Source of the DNA: a virus
Virus record (IMG/VR): IMGVR_UViG_3300031084_000004
Span: 1 to 38,986 of that record
Strand: one strand, 5' to 3'
DNA length: 38,986 bases
How positions within the stretch are numbered: the stretch's first letter is position 1; the number at the start of each line of letters is the position of its first letter. This document shows positions 37,527 through 38,986 of the stretch, in pieces. The notes beneath the pieces were generated by a model. It had not been told where the DNA came from. It made no database searches and saw only the letters and a program-made list of their open reading frames with translations. A program made the translations under genes and the position numbers.

Positions 37527-38986
37527 GGCCGCTCGGGCCACCGAACGACCCGCAAACCCTGCTTTTTCGAATGGCTGTCGACCTGCTCGGTCGCGATCAA
37601 TTCGGCCGCACCCCATGCCTTGATCTGTCCGATCGCGGCGTTGCGACTGATCTTGAAACGGCTTTGCAGCCAAGTGCCGAGATACCGTTCGGTGGCGTTG
37701 TGGGATGCCGAAAACGGGTTCCCTTCGCGCCAGCGGCGGTCGATCTCGCACAGCGCATACCAAGCGTGGGCATCGCTGAATTGGTGGCCAACGGGAGCGC
37801 CGTCATCCTCCTGAGGAGGCAAGACGAACGTGCCGTTCATCCACATGAAACCAATCTCTGTGCCCTTGCGGGCATAGTTGGCTTTCTCATTGCGAAGGAC
37901 GCGATAGTCGGGGTCAACAACCACGCCATCGTCGTTCTTCGGGGTTTCGAGGAACAGGCGCGAGCGCACCTGATTTTCCCAGGCGGTTGAGCCTGAGTAG
38001 CTGTCACCGGCTTTATTGGGGAAGCCGACCATGGTGACGGCACCGTCAATCGCGCGCGCCATGGCGTTGCACAGATTGACGAAGGCCGCGACCTCTTGAC
38101 GGGCGTTCTCGTTGCCGGTGAACATATGCGAGGTATTGTCAAGGGACACGTGACGGACGCTCAGCGCCAGCGACGTGTCGACAATCTCCCCGTATCGTTT
38201 GGAAGCACGAATGGTGCGCGCCTCATCGAAAGTGCAAAGCTCGTTGCCTGGCTCGCCGTAAAGCGACAGCAGGTGAACCTTGCCGCGCGTATCCTCCAGG
38301 CTGATGCCCAACCCGGCGCAGATTGCCGCCTGACGGCGATGCAACTCGCTCGGATCGTCCTCGCAGGTGATATAGAGAGTGGGCACCTGCTCGACCTCAA
38401 CACCCAGGAAGGGCAGGCCCATACCGATGCAGGTGCATTTCAGCTGTTCCAGCAGCGATTTACCAGCCGCACCAGCGCCCGTCAGAAGCGTGGCTTGGTG
38501 GTAGGGTACCAAGCCTTCGACCATCCAGCGGCGCTCGGGGATGTCTTGCCCCTGCCAATCCGCAGGCGAAATGACGCCAAGCGGCAGACCGGTGTGCGGG
38601 GCGAAGCAAGCCGCAACATCGTCCAGCCCGTAATGTGCAGCCTGGTCGTTGAAGTCTGTGCCATCGGCGCCCATCATCTCAGGTGCGACGACGCGGCCCT
38701 TCACCGCATCCGCAGCGCGCTGAGCATCCTCAATGCCGTTAGTATCGGCAGCGATTATGATCTCGCGACCGGGATAGCGCTGCGCCGCGATCTCAGCAGT
38801 CAGGAGTAACGCGCCTTTGCTGAAGCCGATCAGCACCAAATAGCCAGTTGCCGCCTGCACCGTAGCAGCGGTCGCAAAACCTTCGGCCACAACGACCGGT
38901 CCGCTTTCAGCGTTGCCGATCGCGAACGTCCCGCCTTTAACCGGCACGCCCGCATGGAACAGCTTTTTGCCACCAGCTTCGGGTGG
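37505..38986 (-). CDS. Primase-helicase, TOPRIM plus P-loop (RepA/DnaB-like) part; the N-terminus is at 1..652
   Basis: VVVAEGFATAATV...EIIIAADTNGIEDAQRAADAV (TOPRIM-like), then LLTGAGAAGKS (Walker A) and LYITCEDD (Walker B-like). The frame is open to the window end, and 38860..38986 duplicates 1..127. Confidence 0.85.
   Translation of the reverse strand, partial: PPEAGGKKLFHAGVPVKGGTFAIGNAESGPVVVAEGFATAATVQAATGYLVLIGFSKGALLLTAEIAAQRYPGREIIIAADTNGIEDAQRAADAVKGRVVAPEMMGADGTDFNDQAAHYGLDDVAACFAPHTGLPLGVISPADWQGQDIPERRWMVEGLVPYHQATLLTGAGAAGKSLLEQLKCTCIGMGLPFLGVEVEQVPTLYITCEDDPSELHRRQAAICAGLGISLEDTRGKVHLLSLYGEPGNELCTFDEARTIRASKRYGEIVDTSLALSVRHVSLDNTSHMFTGNENARQEVAAFVNLCNAMARAIDGAVTMVGFPNKAGDSYSGSTAWENQVRSRLFLETPKNDDGVVVDPDYRVLRNEKANYARKGTEIGFMWMNGTFVLPPQEDDGAPVGHQFSDAHAWYALCEIDRRWREGNPFSASHNATERYLGTWLQSRFKISRNAAIGQIKAWGAAELIATEQVDSHSKKQGLRVVRWPERPAEVGGR
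38860..38986. repeat. Terminal overlap, copy 2 (identical to 1..127)
   Basis: Direct comparison of both ends. Confidence 0.95.

Larger units (their letters stand above)
1..38986. mobile_element. Complete circularly permuted temperate phage genome (unique length 38,859 bp), podovirus-type morphogenesis module
   Basis: Ends are identical over 127 bp. Full set of phage modules is present: integrase/attP, cI/cro-like switch, replication, terminase-portal-capsid-tailspike, lysis. Genes are tightly packed with overlapping start/stop codons. Confidence 0.85.

Overview
The window is one complete, circularly permuted phage genome. The first 127 bp (1..127) are identical to the last 127 bp (38860..38986), so the unique length is 38,859 bp, and one gene (a primase-helicase) is split across the window ends. 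The DNA is high-GC by eye. Gene content suggests a temperate, short-tailed (P22-like morphogenesis) phage of an alphaproteobacterial, possibly sphingomonad-like host: GcrA-like regulator, DUF5681-type small terminase, and attP resembling tRNA-Arg(CCG). Host and family assignments come from motif recognition only, with no database search.

Layout:
- (a) Leftward early/replication operon, running 3014 down to 1 and then 38986 down to 36810. It holds a Cro-like gene, small ORFs, an HTH regulator, a GcrA-like protein, a VRR-NUC nuclease, a zf-CHC2/TOPRIM/P-loop primase-helicase, an iteron origin and SSB.
- (b) A cI-like HTH repressor gene (3087..3458) lying between two identically spaced pairs of a 15-bp palindromic operator.
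- (c) Rightward early operon 3831..11254: RecE-like exonuclease plus RecT, a DEDDh exonuclease, an orphan C5 cytosine methyltransferase, an Xis-like gene and a tyrosine integrase. It is followed by an attP candidate that carries the 3' 50 nt of a tRNA-Arg(CCG).
- (d) A 15-ORF translationally coupled accessory operon, 11433..15703. It includes a T5orf172/GIY-YIG-like protein, a stand-alone SLOG (DUF2493) protein and an HD-domain small alarmone hydrolase.
- (e) A structured, non-coding gap of about 500 bp.
- (f) Leftward late operon, 36334 down to 16280: TerS, TerL, portal, scaffold, major capsid, adaptor/tail proteins, ejection proteins, a beta-helix tailspike and a lysis cassette.
- (g) A small autonomous two-gene cassette, 36429..36789.

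Most worth a second look: the accessory operon (SLOG plus alarmone hydrolase plus many unknown ORFs), the duplicated operator architecture, the two non-coding regions (3459..3765 and 15775..16279), the iteron origin and the two-gene cassette. No rRNA, intact tRNA, CRISPR array or transposase was found.
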